A stretch of DNA of 64,000 nucleotides from Podarcis vaucheri (lineage: Eukaryota): NCBI GenBank assembly GCA_965113315.1, contig OZ220364.1, one strand, 5' to 3'. Numbering within the stretch: position 1 is the stretch's first letter; each line of letters begins with the position of its first letter. Of this stretch, positions 11,601 to 26,700 are shown one piece after another. The notes under the pieces were generated by a model. The model saw nothing but the letters and a program-made list of their open reading frames with translations. It had not been told where the DNA came from and did not search any database. The translations under genes were made by a program, and so were the position numbers.

Positions 11601-14600
11601 ATTAGGGAAGGCAGAAAAACTAAGAAAGCTGAAAAAACTAAGAAAGCCAGGTGGATGGACTAAAAGGGAGTTGGTAGGCACCACCAATCAGCTGATTGTC
11701 AGGGCTTGCATAACACTGTGCACTGAAATCCTGATGCCCATTTTGTGTGCAGTGCTACATGAAAAAGGTCATCTGACAATGTGGCACCAGGTGATTGACA
11801 GGTGAGGTGGGGGATATAAGGATTTGGTCTGCCAGTTGGATCCAGTTCCCCACCCCTGACTTAAGGGCGTGAAGGTCACTTAGAGCGTTGTAGGCTCTCA
11901 AAGTCCATGTCTGCCTGCAGGAGACAAGATGTAAGAAGGACCCATACAAGATGTAAGAAGGAATACTGCAGGACAGCAAACATGATTTAAGAGTTTCACG
12001 ACACTAACAAATTTATTATGTCAACCAGCTTTTGTGGATCAGAGTCCACAAGTGTCGTTACCCAGAATTCCTGAAAGCAGTAAAGTGTGTGAAACAGGTT
12101 TGCAGTATTTTGTAGTGGGTGCTGGAAGAGCTGAATTCAGCTCCCCCCGGGTGAAACCTTGCACTCAGACATGAAAACTCAGCGGTGGACTTGAACACAT
12201 CCACTGCTCTTATACTTCGTTATCCACTCAAAGATAGTAATGGCAGGAATCTACTTCACAAAGTTTATTGGAAAAGAGCTACAGAGCAATTAATGAGGAT
12301 TAGCCATGTTTTAAGGGATGTGCAGCACTATAGCACTGGGAACTTACTTGTCCCTGTCCAAGAGAAATTGCAGATAGTTTCTTAGAAAACTTCATTTCTT
12401 CAGCAAATTTATAGAGATCAGCAGCTGGGTCTGTGCCGGGAGAGAGGACGAAAATAAGAGGGGTAGTAGCGGCAGATTCCTTAAACACCACAGAGAGGTT
12501 TGCAGTCTGAAATGGGAATAAAGGCAGAATTTTTCTATTAAGCACTGGTAGTGGACAATGGAGAAGATATTTGCTCAGAGTCAGTGCACAGCGTTTCCCC
12601 GTCTTATGCTTTGGGAATAAGGCCATAGCTAGACTTGAGAAAGAAGGCGGCAGGATGAGACACTGAGGTGATGGCTTTGCCAAACATCTATCTGCTCACC
12701 CCTCCTACCACCCACGCTCAACCGCTGGTAGCTACCTGAGGCTCAATGAAGGTCTGCCCCAAGTTGGCAGCCACAAAGTCCTGCATTGCATTGGTGACTT
12801 TGTCCCCTCGCAGGCAACGGAGGACCAGCAACTTCTGGAAGGCATCTAACTTGGCGTCCCACAGGCCAGGCAGATGCTCCCTGCAAGAGAGGAAAGGGCT
12901 GTGTCAGGTTTCCACATTTCACACTGAAAATGTAACAGGCATAGGGCAAGACGACAGGCTTCTCAGAGTGGATTTCGTGTGGCAACTATAATGGGATCAA
13001 TCTTTGTGACAGATCACTTGATGGCTGTGCTCTAGCTCCACTGCTGGAGGCAATATGCCTCCATACACCAGATTCTAGGAATCATAGGTGTAGAATCATG
13101 GAATGCTGTTACACTCCGGACCTGCTCAGGAGTTTCCACAGGCATCTGGTTGGCCACTGTGAGAACAGGATGCTGGACGAGCTGGGCCTCTGGCCTGAGC
13201 CAGCAGGGCTCTTCTGATGTTTTTAAGGGGCTGGCAAGGTCAGTAACAAATCTCTAGCCCTTTTCTGGGCAGAATGACCACTGGCAAGCAGCGGGGGTGA
13301 GGGATGGGGAAGGGAGGGCAGAGCCACACAAAAATCACTACAGGACCTACAACCCTACTGGGAACTGAAGGGGAAACGGCACCTGTGAGGTTCTGCGCTG
13401 TCAAAAATTGCTCGGAAACCATTCAGATTTGCCACAAAATCATCTGCAAAGCTGGAAAAATTGTGTAGGTTGGTCAAGGCCAAGATATCATTCCATGCTC
13501 TTTCGTATAACCATGCAGGAGCTGGATTATCCCGCATGGTCTTAACTGCACCACCTGAAATTAGGTATCGCCATTCATCCTGAAGGTAAAAAAATCACAA
13601 ATAATCGATAGGAAGAATTAGACTTTCTGCTTGTGAATTTTCCTTCCATGAACCATGGCCAGAAGTGCCAATGTATGGAGGTGTTCACCTCTCTGGCCCA
13701 CAGATGGCAGGCTTGTCAAAATGTTTACAGACTCTTGACGAGGGACCAGTCTGCATGATAAATTGTCGGGGCAACCATCACTTCCATAAGGTATGTTTGT
13801 GAGGACAGTTCTGCACTGGTCACAAGTTTAAGAACAAAGGTATGTAATACTGCTCCACCTTCCCAGAAACATAACATTCAGTGACATTACTTTAGTTTGT
13901 TAAGGATGCTGGGATTTGTAGTTCTACAGTTCCCAGTACAGTGGTGCCTCACAAGATGAAATTAATTCGTTCCGCAAGTTTTGTCGTCTAGCGAATTTTT
14001 CGTCTTGCGAAGCACTGTGTCGGAAAAGTTTTGGAAAAGCTTCAAAAATCACCAAAAACCTCAAAAAAGGCTACCACACCGCGTTCTATGATTCGCTCCT
14101 CAAAGTCAAGTCGCAACTGTATTAACGGTGTTAAGAAAAAGGAAACAAACTTGCAAAAAACGCAAGACGTTTTTGTCTTGCGAAGCAAGCCCATAGGGAA
14201 ATTCGTCTTGCGAAGCAGCTCAAAAACCGCAAAACCCTTTCGTCTAGCGAGTTTTTCGTCTTGCGAGGCATTCGTCTTGCGGTGCACCACTGTATTCTTT
14301 TTTTTGGGGGGGGGGAGGTCATGTGCTTTATATGTGTGTTGGATGTGCTTTAGTGTATGGTATGGATTTGCCCCAGGAATATATGTCTAGAAGCACACTG
14401 TAGCAGTAGCCCTACAAGTTGCAACTGCTATGGGGAACACAAACATTACATGGATGTTTTCTGCAGCAAACAGATGCTCCTCTGCTCAAGTAAAGTGAAG
14501 TGGGTGCTTGTCATTTCTCCTTTCCGTCTGAAACAGCCTCCCATATCCCTTCCCAAGGGTCACCCAGTCACCTCACCCCTATAACAGATTTTCAGGGAGT

Positions 14601-14709
14601 TCATGGAGCTGCAGAGGGAAAGGGAAGGTGGGAATGCCTCATTCCCTGAATTCTGTTCCATTCACAGAAAGAGTTAGGATCAAGTTAGCAGGTGGTTGTC
14701 ATACATGCA

Positions 14710-14771
<62 letters not shown>

Positions 14772-17700
14772 GGCATAATCAGGTTTCCCAGATGCCTATA
14801 TTTGAACATTCTGTGCCACCAGTGAAACACAGAGTGCCTTCAACCTATTTTAATAGGTGATGTTGCATTATATCAATGGGCTATGCTTTAAGACATGTTT
14901 GTTGTACAGTGCGTAGTTACATGCTTTGAAAAGCAGCCTCATAGCAGTTCATGATCGCACAGATACTTGCTTAAAAGGGTCTGAGGATGTAGTTTCACTG
15001 ACCATGTCTATTTTGCCTTCGTTCATCATGATCCGGATGCAGACGAGAAACGCAAACATGAGCTTGTGCTTCTCAAAGAGGCTCCGACACACATTGCTGT
15101 AGAGGCTGAAGGTGAGGTACTTATTGATATTTGCTATTCGCTTCTTTAGGGTGTCTGAAAATAAGAAATCACAAAATAACAATGCAGACAGCAAGTAGGA
15201 GGAAATGACCCACAATATTGCCATACACTTTAGCACTGTTTTCATTATTCAAGAGGACTTAGGCCCGCACTAGTGAGCCAGAAAAACTTCTCATGCCTCC
15301 TGTCTGGTGCTGGCATACTGAACACTGCCTGGAGAAATAAAAACTGCTAGGATGGCTGAAGGCCATTTAAAAGCCAAGTGCTTTGCACTGATAAGGATAC
15401 CAAGTTAAAAGCTAGTGCTTTAAAAGAATTCTCTCATACAGAGCTTGACAGTAGAACAATTTAGATATGGTGAGGGAAGGGCAGAGGGCATCAGGAACAC
15501 CTGCATCTCTGGATTACATACTAGTTCTACAGCATATATGGCTGAATGTTGCCACCAGCATGATCTGAAATGATGACCCTCTTTATAGATTCAGCAAAGT
15601 GATTTTTTTTCCTGAACCCCGTACAGAAATAATTTGGGATCAAGCTGAAGTTCATTGAGATTCTGCAACTCTGGCAATAAGCTAGTAGGGGCTGATTATG
15701 ATCCATAATGAGTAGGTGTACTCTTAAAAGGTCTGTGTGCCAATTTTATTCCAGCACTGAGCTCTACTGGATACTGAAGTGCAAGGATGAACAAATCTCC
15801 AATCCTTCAAAAGTCTGAACATCTTCCAGAAGAACTGCAAGACCACCAATTCATTTTGGGATGGCTTGTAGCAAACATAACGGGATATAGCATTTGGGAT
15901 CACCAATATATTACATATTTACTTTGCTGAGGTTACTATCCTATGGCTAACAACTTTACTATGCAAACATAATACTTTAGAAACTCTGAACATTTGAACT
16001 ATGAAATTGTCCTTTTAGTGTTGATCAGAGTATGGTCCCTTCCAACTCTACAATTCTATAGTTCTAAGTGAGACACTGAGGGGTTTGGGGTGGGATTCTC
16101 TTCACACACAGCACATTATCAGAGGTACCTGCTCTCTCAGCGTTTGCAATTCCTGTCAGAAATATGTTGAGGAACCATTCCAATGAATACTGGTACATGG
16201 GATCGACATTGGCCAAGTCTGAGACACAGAAGAAGAGGATCTGGGTGCGGACAGCCACAGGCACATACTCCAGCCGGGTGATGTCAATGTCCTTCTCTGT
16301 CTGTTCAGCTACCTTCACTTTGGCCTGCAGGAGATTCAAGACCGAGACAAAATGCACCATTCCACATTAAGTCAAAGCAAACAGCTGACAGGCTGCAGTG
16401 GAAGTGCAGATCAGTCACCAACCTGAATCTCCCCTGCTTTTAGCTTGGATGCCTCCAACACTTTGATAAGCTCCAGATCATCAACAGGGTTCCCCTCAGA
16501 AGAACTCAAGCGGTACAGGATCTGATCTTCTATCTCCTTCAGCTCCTGTCGCATCTTGGCATTACTGACAATCAATTGGTTCTTGGCCTCTTCCAAGTCA
16601 GGCCGCTCTTCAGCTACCACTTGGCCTAACAGCTGATCCTCTAAGCCACTGTAAAAAGAAAGAAAGTAACCACACATATTACAATTTGAACAACAAAGGG
16701 TCATATGGAATCTTCATGTTCTATTAGAGCTTGGTTTCAGACTTTTCCCCAGCCGCAAACTGCATACCCAGCAGGGCTCAAATTCATAGTTCCATCTATC
16801 AAGATTGATGGGATGCAACCTCTAACTCAGAACTACAGGTGGGGAATAGCAGCTGACATGATTAAAGTGGAGGATTTTTAAGCCCAAGAAGAGTATCAGA
16901 ACACTTGCTGGCATCAGCAATGAAAAGTAGAGCTGGTGTTACCTGGGGGATAGGGTGAAGTTAATCAGCGTAAGCTTGGTGGACAGCTCTGGTGTGTAGT
17001 GGGGATTAGGTAGGTTGGTGGTGATGTACATCTTGAAGTCCTCATGGTATGGAATGATTGTGTCTCCCAGCTTCAACACTGTGCTACCTTGCTGCTTATA
17101 GGTCTGAATATCAGGGAAACAAGTAAAAATAAGCAGCAGCAACAACAAACATCTATGCAAACAGAAGAGACACAATTCTGTAACAGATAGTACCACAACG
17201 TTCATAGCCAACTCCATCCAACAAATTCATGTTGTTGAGAGTGTACGGATAGTGTGGCTTGGGATAGGCAAAAGTAGATGGTAATGGTGAGTCCAGAATG
17301 GATTTTTGCAGAATTTCTGGGCTAGTATCAGTCCACAACCAGAAGACAGATTTGCATGTCTCGGCATCAAAGCTGCTTCCTAGTCCCAGTTGGTCCAGCA
17401 TATCAACACATATTAACAAGCATTTTTCTTTCCTTCATTTTATGGATGATAACAGCAGCTAATAGAGGCAACACCAGCTGTCAGGGGAAGAAGTAAGCCT
17501 TCTCCTACTGCCCAAAGCTTCTCAACTACAAATCTGCACCTTTGTAACCCCAATTCACACAGAAGATAGCAGTTCTTAAAGATGAAAGGCATTCCAACAT
17601 TAGAGTAGCCCCTTCACTCAGTGCTGACAGCAGAAAAGTTGCCAGTGCCTGCTAATACTTTATCAAACAGGCACTGAAAAATCAGGGGCACCTGTTTTAG

Positions 17701-20700
17701 CAGGACAGGTTCAAGGGCCGGATCCAGTTCTTCACCAACATTCTCCAGCAGGAACGGCTTTCCAAAACGAATGGCATTCTCCAAGCTGCGCAGGAAGTCC
17801 CGATCACTGAGCTTAGATGTATCTAACCCACTATCTCTCTCCTGAAAAACAGAGAAGGTGCAGAGAAACTCAGTATGGGTGATATGTGGGGGCCTGCTTG
17901 TGTGAATGTGGAACAACAAATGGAAAATTGATTAAAAGAAACATGGGGTGGGGGTGGAGAAATCTGAGTATAAGCATCCACTTTGTTAATAAATTGAACA
18001 CAGCGAACACCCAGACCTGCGACTCAGCTCTCCAATGTGTGAAAGCAACCAAAAGGAACGTGATAACCACTTTCACTGCTCATATTTCTTCATGATAACA
18101 GTTCAATGCCCCGTTCTGCTTTTGCTTTTTGATCGTGGCTTTTCACATTGCAAAATCAATACTCAGAATTGGCAGCTGAACCTTCAAACCTATGAAGTTT
18201 GGTTTTCTGCTTTAAAATTCTTAAACCATATTTCCATCATTTCATGAAGGAAAGAGCAGAATTTTTAAAAATTAATAATAATAATAATAATAATAATAAG
18301 ATAATCAGAAGATTCAGATAACAAGGGTGTGTATTTTTTTACATTTGCATTTATAGTTTGCAAACTGGGAATTTTAACAGTGAGATGTAAACAACATGCC
18401 TTTATAGGAACATAACTTCAATCTCAGAGATAGGATGGGCTACCAAATCCCCTGGTATCACTGAAGTGGATTAATGACTTTGCAGAAGCAGAAGCCCTTA
18501 CCAAGTTTTTTATCCATTTGTTGGCTTGTCCCTGGGGGTCTATGAAGAGAGTCCAGCGCTGAGAGAACTGGGTTATCATTCCATTCTCCACAGACAAGGT
18601 ATCATTGGGTAGACCTGCAATCTGCATAAGAACACATCATTTTAACAGTAAACGCAAATTCTGCGTACTCTGCCCCTAAACAAAACTGCACTGGCAATAA
18701 CATATGTTCTGCAGCAAGGAAAATGAATTTATGTAACCTGTGCAAAATATGTCAATCAAGCAAATTTTCCATAATTTAAACTTCTGCCAGCAGAGAAGAG
18801 GACAAGGTGAGGTGTGCAGTCCAACCCATTGTATAGTTATTCTGTGATTCACTTCTTCTTGATTTCTGTCTACAATGGAATTAGGGCCCAGGAAACCAAA
18901 GCCATGTCCACATAGCTAGGATTCAGCCCCACAAGTTAAAGTTATTCAAAGCATGGGAACACATTTCAAAACAATTCAGTCAGTGTATACTGTTAAAATT
19001 ACCTGCCACGATCGGATTTTCACTGGGTCTCCAAGTGTGCCTATCAGGTTTGGTTCTTTTGTGTGTGGAACATTATACGTCTCAAGCTTACTTATCCATT
19101 CATCATAAAGTGAATTGCGATATTGACCCTGCAAAGGAAAACTAAGCATCACTGATATTAAATCAGTATCACAGTTAGCTAAATTAGGCCAACATGCTCA
19201 AAAAGAGCATTGAGGCCCACATGCTTAGCTGTTCCAATGGATTGTCTAGCATCTTGTTCACACAGTAGCCAACAACATACCTATGGGAAGCTCACGGGAC
19301 ATGAGCACAACAGCACTCCCCCCCACTTGTGCTCCCAGGCAACTGGTATTTAGCAGTTCATCACTGGTTGGTGCAGTGGGGTGATGCCATCCTCCCATCC
19401 TCCCAACGCTGGTGTTGCTGCTGTTTACAGTGTGGTGATGGGACAAGGCAATGGTGAGGTTGGGGCTACTCTGGTGCTCCTGCTGGGGAGCCTGTGAAGC
19501 CCCAGCCCTGTTGCTATCCTGCCCCTGCACTGTCCTGTTATGGGGCAGCAATGCTGGTGTCAGGAGGGCGGTTCTGCAGTGCAGCCCACTGTGCAAACCA
19601 CTTCTGTACACAGCCATCGTGACTAGTAGCCACTGACTGCTTTCTCCTTCATGGATTTATCAACATCTCTTTCAAAACCACTCAAGTTGGTGGCCTTTAC
19701 TGCATCACATGGTGGTAAAAGAGGACTTCCTTTGGTCTTTCCTAAATTGTCCAACATACAGCTTCATTGGATGACTGGGTTCAAGTATTAAGAGGGAAGG
19801 AGAAACAATTCTCTCTATCCACTTTCATCTACACCCTGGATAATTTTCCATACTTCTATCATGTCCTGCTCCTTACTTGTATGTTTTTTCTAAACTAAAC
19901 CGTTCCAGCCCCGTCCTAATGTTGGTTTCCCTTTTCTGCACCTTTTCCAGGTCTACAATAGCCTTATTGAGATGAAGCAATGAGAACTGTACATAGCAGT
20001 CCATGTGTGGCTGCACATCAATTTTTATAAGGGCAATTATGATATTGCAAATTTTATTTTCACTCCCTTCCCTAAATGAGCCCAAATATGGAATTCCTCT
20101 TTTTATATAGCTACTGCACACTTGGGTTGGCATTTTCGTTAATCTATCTACCTTGACAAAGAATTATTTCCTGGACAGTGACCGCCAATTCAGGCCCCAC
20201 TAGCACATAGCTGAAGTTAAGTTTTTAAAAACCCAATATGCATCACTTTATACCTGTTAACTATCAATTGCACTGGCTGTTTCTCTTGTGGGACAGATTT
20301 AGTAAGTAGGAGAGGATGTATGAATTACAGCTATCCTTCCAGTCTCCCCATGTGTTTGGGATTTAAATGTTTAGAATAATCAGCTTAGTGTTTGCACTTA
20401 GAAAGCTAGCTGGTCAGAGTTTCAGATTACCATCCCTTGGCAGAAAAAATAAAAGCTAAGCAAAGGCTGCAAAACCTATTTGAATCCAGTTTTGAAGCAA
20501 GCTCGCTTCCCCCTTTATAGTTACCACACTTGGAAAAATAATCAAAACAAAAACTGTAAAGTAAGTTAAAAATAGCGCTTACTTAAAGTCTTGCACTCAT
20601 CTTCAACAAACACCAGCAAAAACAATGCAGGTAAAAATGCTTCTAGGTTACAAAATTCATAGTTAAATTATAAGATTCAACTATGTCTGCACATGGGGAG

Positions 20701-23700
20701 AACACAGACAGACAACTATCTCCATCAAAAGCATGGTGCAAAAGGACAAAGAGAGAGAGAGCAACATGTGTCTCATTTCTTCCTGCCACTGGAAACAGGG
20801 GAAATGACATCACACAGAGCTCTCTCTCCACCAGTTACATTCCTATGGTCTAAGACTGCCCATTTAGTAATTAATAGCTCTGTGGCCATTGGCCCCCGGA
20901 CTTACTAATTAACAAGAATATGCACTGATAGATTTTGACTGCAACTATCCCAGTTTCAACACTTAGATGTTTGACAATTCAGCACTATGCCACTATGGTT
21001 TAGCTACAATGTGGGATGCAGCAAGAATTTGACCCAGAAACATATTTTCTCTTGGGGAACTTATTCTGTACCAGAACTAAATCAAGACACTGCTCAGGTA
21101 TTCTGGAAAATAAAATATTTTTCCTACTCACTGTAAAAGGGCCCATGTATGCTATAAAGCCAGCTGATGCTAACACATCCCCTGCAATATTGTTAATCAT
21201 ATAATCGAGGTTCTGGACTGTTTCCTGCCAGCGTATCCTTTCATCAGCCAGGCCATTAATCAACTGGAGAAAAGAAAGACTGACATTAGTTTCTTTCTCA
21301 AAGAAGCTCCACCAAACCCTAGCAGAAAATGCCGCAGGAAAACAGTGACTGGGACTGCCCACCTAAGCCCAACTCCTGATATATGGGAAATGAAAAAGCA
21401 GGTTGACTCCCTGCTGTGATTAAGGCCACAAAATTACTATCGAAGAGGATTTGGTAAACTTACTCGGGCGGACATAATTGTCAGAAGAAATTGGTGGTTT
21501 TACTAGTATTCCCTCCTCCCCCCCAAGTTTCTGGATTGCAACTTGGAAATTGTGTCTGTCTCTTTAACAGCTCTGCTGATGTGAAACAAAAGAAAGCTGT
21601 TTCTTCGCCCCCAGTTCTTTCCTTCAGCCTCTGCTCCTGTCTTCCATCTTGCCCCAACAAGTGGCAGGTGAGGCCTGGTGAAGGGAATGGGGGAGGAGAC
21701 TCCACAGTTGTGGCCATGGCCCTTACCTTGTCAGCCCGACCCAGTCTCTGCTCACACTGATCACACTTCATCTCGAGTTCCTCTTTTGTGGCCAGAGTAC
21801 CTTGGTATTTGGCCTGCAGGTTGGCAATGCCATCTTCCACCTCTCGAAGACGCTCCTTGGCCTCATCCAGAATCTTCTGTGTGGCCTGGAGGTCTTCTTC
21901 AGCCTCCCTCAAGGCTTGCTGAGGAGAGAGAGAAATTTTTGTGAATGTCAAGTTCTGCCATAATTCCAAGGAAAATAATTGTGGTTAGCAGCAATGGGGG
22001 CAGGCAGAGGCTCCATTCCGTTTTAGGTGTACATGCAATAACTTTGAAGAAGCCCTGCTGTAGTTCTTACTCGTTTTGGCTCCACAGCTTTTGCCACGAA
22101 GTGATACTTATGCATGGCCCTGACCCACTGGCAGATAGATGTGCAGGCTTTGGAGACTTTGGCTATGGCTGCTGGCTGAAATTCTTCACTGTCGATATAT
22201 GGCTGGATCAACTTAATTACTGAATCTGCAATGTTATCCTGAAAGGGTTAAAGAAGAGATTATGAGTGCTGGGAGCATCAAGGTCTGAGACATCAGGGGA
22301 GTCAGCTGTGAGGCAGAACAAAACCCCATGGCAAAAAATCATCAGTGTGGCAGGAAAAGCATAAACTCCCAATTGTGCACTCCCTTCTCTGTTTCTAGCT
22401 TCAAGCCAAGCTTAGGCATTGCTTGTTCATTCCTTCAAGATGGCTTTTATTACTGCAAGGCAATGTGTTTGGTTTGTGGGCAATACAAGCTATCATTACC
22501 TCCCTGAAAAGTGGAAGGAAAGGAAACCATTTATTTTCATCTGCTGGTTCAGGCCAAGAATCAAAAGGTGAGTAGGCCAAGGAGTGTCCAGTGACTAATC
22601 ACAGTCAAAAGGACAGCTGAGTATTCCTCGCATCACATCCCTTAATTGGGAACATCATCACTGACATTTGCTTCATAGCCAGCTTGTGACTACAGATAGA
22701 TGCATGGTCCATGTTTTACGCAACCTTAACCTGGTAATAAATTGAGCCATTTTCTCCCAAAATTGGGAAGTGGAATGAACTTGACCCGCTTTCCCCATTT
22801 CACAGCCAGGGATTGCTTGCACACCTCCCAGATCCCTGGCTGTCAAATGATAGCTTTGTGTGGCTAAGAGAACTCTCCCCTAGCTAAGGGAAGCATCTGG
22901 GGCAAGCAGGCTTCACCTTGTAAAACCCTTTAGCCTGAAGGATTCTCTGCAGATATAAGGTGTTTATTCCCACCAGCAGTTTCACTGGGTGTGGCTTCTT
23001 TCAACCCCTCTGTTTAACTGAATTGTTGTTTAATTGCTACATTTAATGGAATAAGGTACTATAAAGGGGCTGCACCTCCTAAGAAATGTGGGGTGGTTGG
23101 TTATACCTGTGAAAACTAATCTTGGGGGCAGGAGACGACTGGAGCAACAGGGTCCCCTGTGTGTAGTGGCATTTCCACCTTGCCCCTACATAAAATCATT
23201 TTTCAGGTGCATCTTTTCAAAGCAGCCCTGATGGGCATCAATGGAGACGACTGCTTTGAAAGATTTCACTGTCACCAAATGCTTCCTTACCAGGAAAAGC
23301 CCTTGCTGAACTTCTCCTGGCTGTGTTTTTGGGATTTGTGGCATGGGTGGGAGGATATTAAACAAGAGTTCTTGTCACCCTTGGATTTTAATCTACTCCA
23401 GAGAAGAATCTGAGGATTTGCAAGGATGGCTGCTTCTCTGAAACGCACACCGTGAGACCCTGGAGCTCATATCCAGGCTTGAGCCAAAAGAAAATAAAGT
23501 GGGGAAATGGTAGATGCCCCCTCCCTCCCTCCCTGCCTGCCAAATACATCAGATTAGGTGAGGTTGTGAGGGGTGTAAAAAGGGGCATCCAGAAATCCCT
23601 ACTCAGAGATGTAGCATATTGGATGTATTATTTCTCTGAAATATATGCCCATTAACTAATTAAATTGAGCTTTACTAGCACAAACCAAAAAGCTATGAGA

Positions 23701-26700
23701 GAAAAGCATTTGATTGACTAGATGGCAAGCTTAAGTCCCACAATTATGCCAGCTACACTAGTACTTAGGCTTGCCCTTTTCTTTTTTACTAGCCCTCGCT
23801 CCTGAGCTTTTAATAACAACTCCCTCTGTAGGAACAGGAGAAGCCAAGACAGTCTTATTCTGGTCAGCATGGAAGAGAGAGAATGACTGAATGACTGACT
23901 GACTACTATGGTACTTACCTTATCATATTTAAACAAGCTTTCAAGAAATTTCCCTGGGTCCTGAAGAAGGACTTTGCCGGGTTCCCAATAGTCATCTAAC
24001 TTGGAACCTAGTTTCTCTCCTGCCACTTTCTTGGGCTTGATGCCCTTCATAATGCAGACAGCTTCAATCACCATCTTCACTCCAAGTGGAGGACGCTGCA
24101 TCGCTCGCACCTAGTTGGAAACAAGGGGGAAAGAAGTGGATCAGTAATTCAGTATAATGCCACATCTGCTGGAGGGCATTCCTAACTATCCTGGACTTCA
24201 GTACTGAGGCATGAAATAAATCAAGATTAGAATATGGTCTTTAAAAGAGCACCACCATTCCTAAAGCTGAGCACCCTTTCTCTGATCATTGACATTGTTT
24301 ATATAATGCTATCCATGCACAGAGCACTTTACAAAGAAAGGAAGGACAGGTCCCTGCCCCCAAGGGGCTTACTGTCTACAAACTGACACAAGGAAGACAA
24401 CAAAGGAAGGGGTAAAAGGGGCAAGAATATGATATTACTTCAGCGACATGTATTTAAGCTTAGTTATAATGGGGGGCATGAGGACTAGCGGGGTTCTGCT
24501 AAAGGCTTCATGGAAAGGTAGGAGGGGTTTGAAGATAGGATGGCATCATGGGGACATTCTGGGAGGCTGCAAAGAGCAAAAGACCTTTGGGCAGCAGAGG
24601 GTGGCAGAGAGGGACAAGTGAAGATTACAGGCAGGAATGCATCAGGATATATGAATGAAGAGGGATAAGGGACCATGCGGATAACTGAATAGGTAAGAAG
24701 TCTAGGAACTTAAGGAAGTGTATCATATGGCCAGCATTATAAGAGAGTTGAATGCTTTTTGACAACCAAGTGATGGACTGAGGTGAGGGGAACAAAAATG
24801 AGGCAACGATGCTGATAAAAGATTGCAGTGATTAAGATGCAAGACGACCAGGGCCTGAATCAGCTTTTGCCAAGATGTCAGAAAGAAAAGGACCAAGGGA
24901 AAGAGGGAGAGGGCGTTGTACCTTTTCAACAGGGTAGATGGTGGTGTTATCAATGAATACTGATAGTGTGAGGGGGTTGGGACAAAGAATGAGAAGTTTG
25001 GTCTTGGATGTAATGAGTTTGAGACAACAATGGAACTACCAAAAAGAAATAACCAGTGAAGACTTGTACATGTGATATCAGATGAAAGAGGGAAATTTCT
25101 AGGCTAGCGAGGCAGAACTGGGCATTAGCAGTGTATAGGTGGTACTTAAAGCCACTCTACAATGTGTGCAGAGGAAGAACAGGAACCACAACACAGAAGG
25201 AAACACCAAAACAGCGGCACACCTCCTCCTGTCTTGTACTCTCTACAAAGACCTGAGGAACGAGATCATCGCTGCACTTGTACTAACCATCCCAGGGCGC
25301 TCAACCACTGCCACAATGTCCTTTCTTCTATCAGATCAAAATGAACAGATAATACAGAAGGAAAGCAGGAGAACAGATTTCTTGTATGAAAATGCTGAAA
25401 GAGCAATTAGGCATGTAGGAAAAGAATTCATGGAGGGCAGAATCATGGAAACTTAGGGCAAAAGGGGAGCCAAGCAAGAGAGTGATCAATTTGAAAGGGA
25501 GAATAGAGGTCAAGGAGAGTGAGGACTAAATAGAGACCTTTGAATTTGGTAGGGAGGAGGTGGTCAGTGATTTTGGTAGGTACAGTTGAAGAGGTGAGAA
25601 AATTTGCAGGAGAGAAAACTGAGATACTGGGAATACACAGCATACCCCCGTAGTCTGCAAATTGCAGGTAGATTAAAAATTGGACAAGATATTTTTTTTT
25701 TGAGACTACTGGAAAGGATAGAATCCAAAGTAACACTGAGGGAACATTCTGTCAGCTTAAGGATCTCTGCTTGTGCAATTGAATTTTTTCTCCTCCCTGC
25801 CATGCACCCCTTAAATCTATTCTAGGGGTTTCCCAACCCCATAAAGCAGAATTGGAAGGGGATGGAGTGTGTGCAAGTGCGGGGGGAGAAGGGGACAAGT
25901 TCCACTGCACAAGCAGACAGGATGGGCTTGCTGAATACTACCCAGTGGCATGTTTAAATGCAGTAGTTTTGAAAGTGTGGTTCTTATTTCTTGGGAGGAG
26001 AGATGATAGCTGCACTGAATACGGCTGCTTCTTCAGGTTTGAACCACCACTTACTTAGGTTTGATTTACACATTATTTACACAGCGGGTGGCACTGTGGG
26101 ATGTGGGTGGTGCTGTGGTCTAAACCACTGAGCCTAGGGCTTGCTGATCGTAAGGTCAGCAGTTCGAATCCCCATGACAGAGTGAGCTCACGTTGCTCGG
26201 TCCCTGCTCCTGCTAACCTAGCAGTTTGAAAGCATGTCAAAGTGAAAGTAGATAAAATAGGTACCGCTCCGTCGGGAAGGTAAATGGCGTTTCCGTGTGC
26301 TGCTCTGGTTCGCCAGAAGCGTCTTAGTCGTGCTGGCCACATGACCCAGAAGCTGTCTGTGGACAAACGCCAGCTCCCTCGGCGTGTAAAGCGAGAACGC
26401 TGCAACCCCAGTGTCGTCTGCAACTGGACTTAACTATCAGGGGTCCCTTTACCTTTAACTTTACCCATGCCTAGTGGCATGAGGAAAAAAGAAGACTGGG
26501 TTCATAAACCTTTCATAGCGTAGAAAAGCGAATTTCAGGACATGAAGAGCAGTAAGTGTCCAAATGCTAGGGTGGCCAGTTGAAAAAGACAAAGCTCCCA
26601 AACCTTTAATAGCTATGGAAAAGAGGGATGTTAGCAGCTGCAGCATATAATATAAGCAACACCAACTGAAAGTCCTCCTTCTACTTAACTATTAAAGGGG

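Noticed and set aside
11985-12055. Possible older Penelope/hammerhead remnant (agcttttgtggatcagagtccac); a similar trace at ~1570-1640
   Set aside because: CTGANGA box missing and sequence too decayed to support a call
13939-14292. Recurring cgtcttgcga motifs that look like an array
   Set aside because: Internal subterminal repeats of a TA-flanked MITE; irregular spacing and eukaryotic context, so not CRISPR
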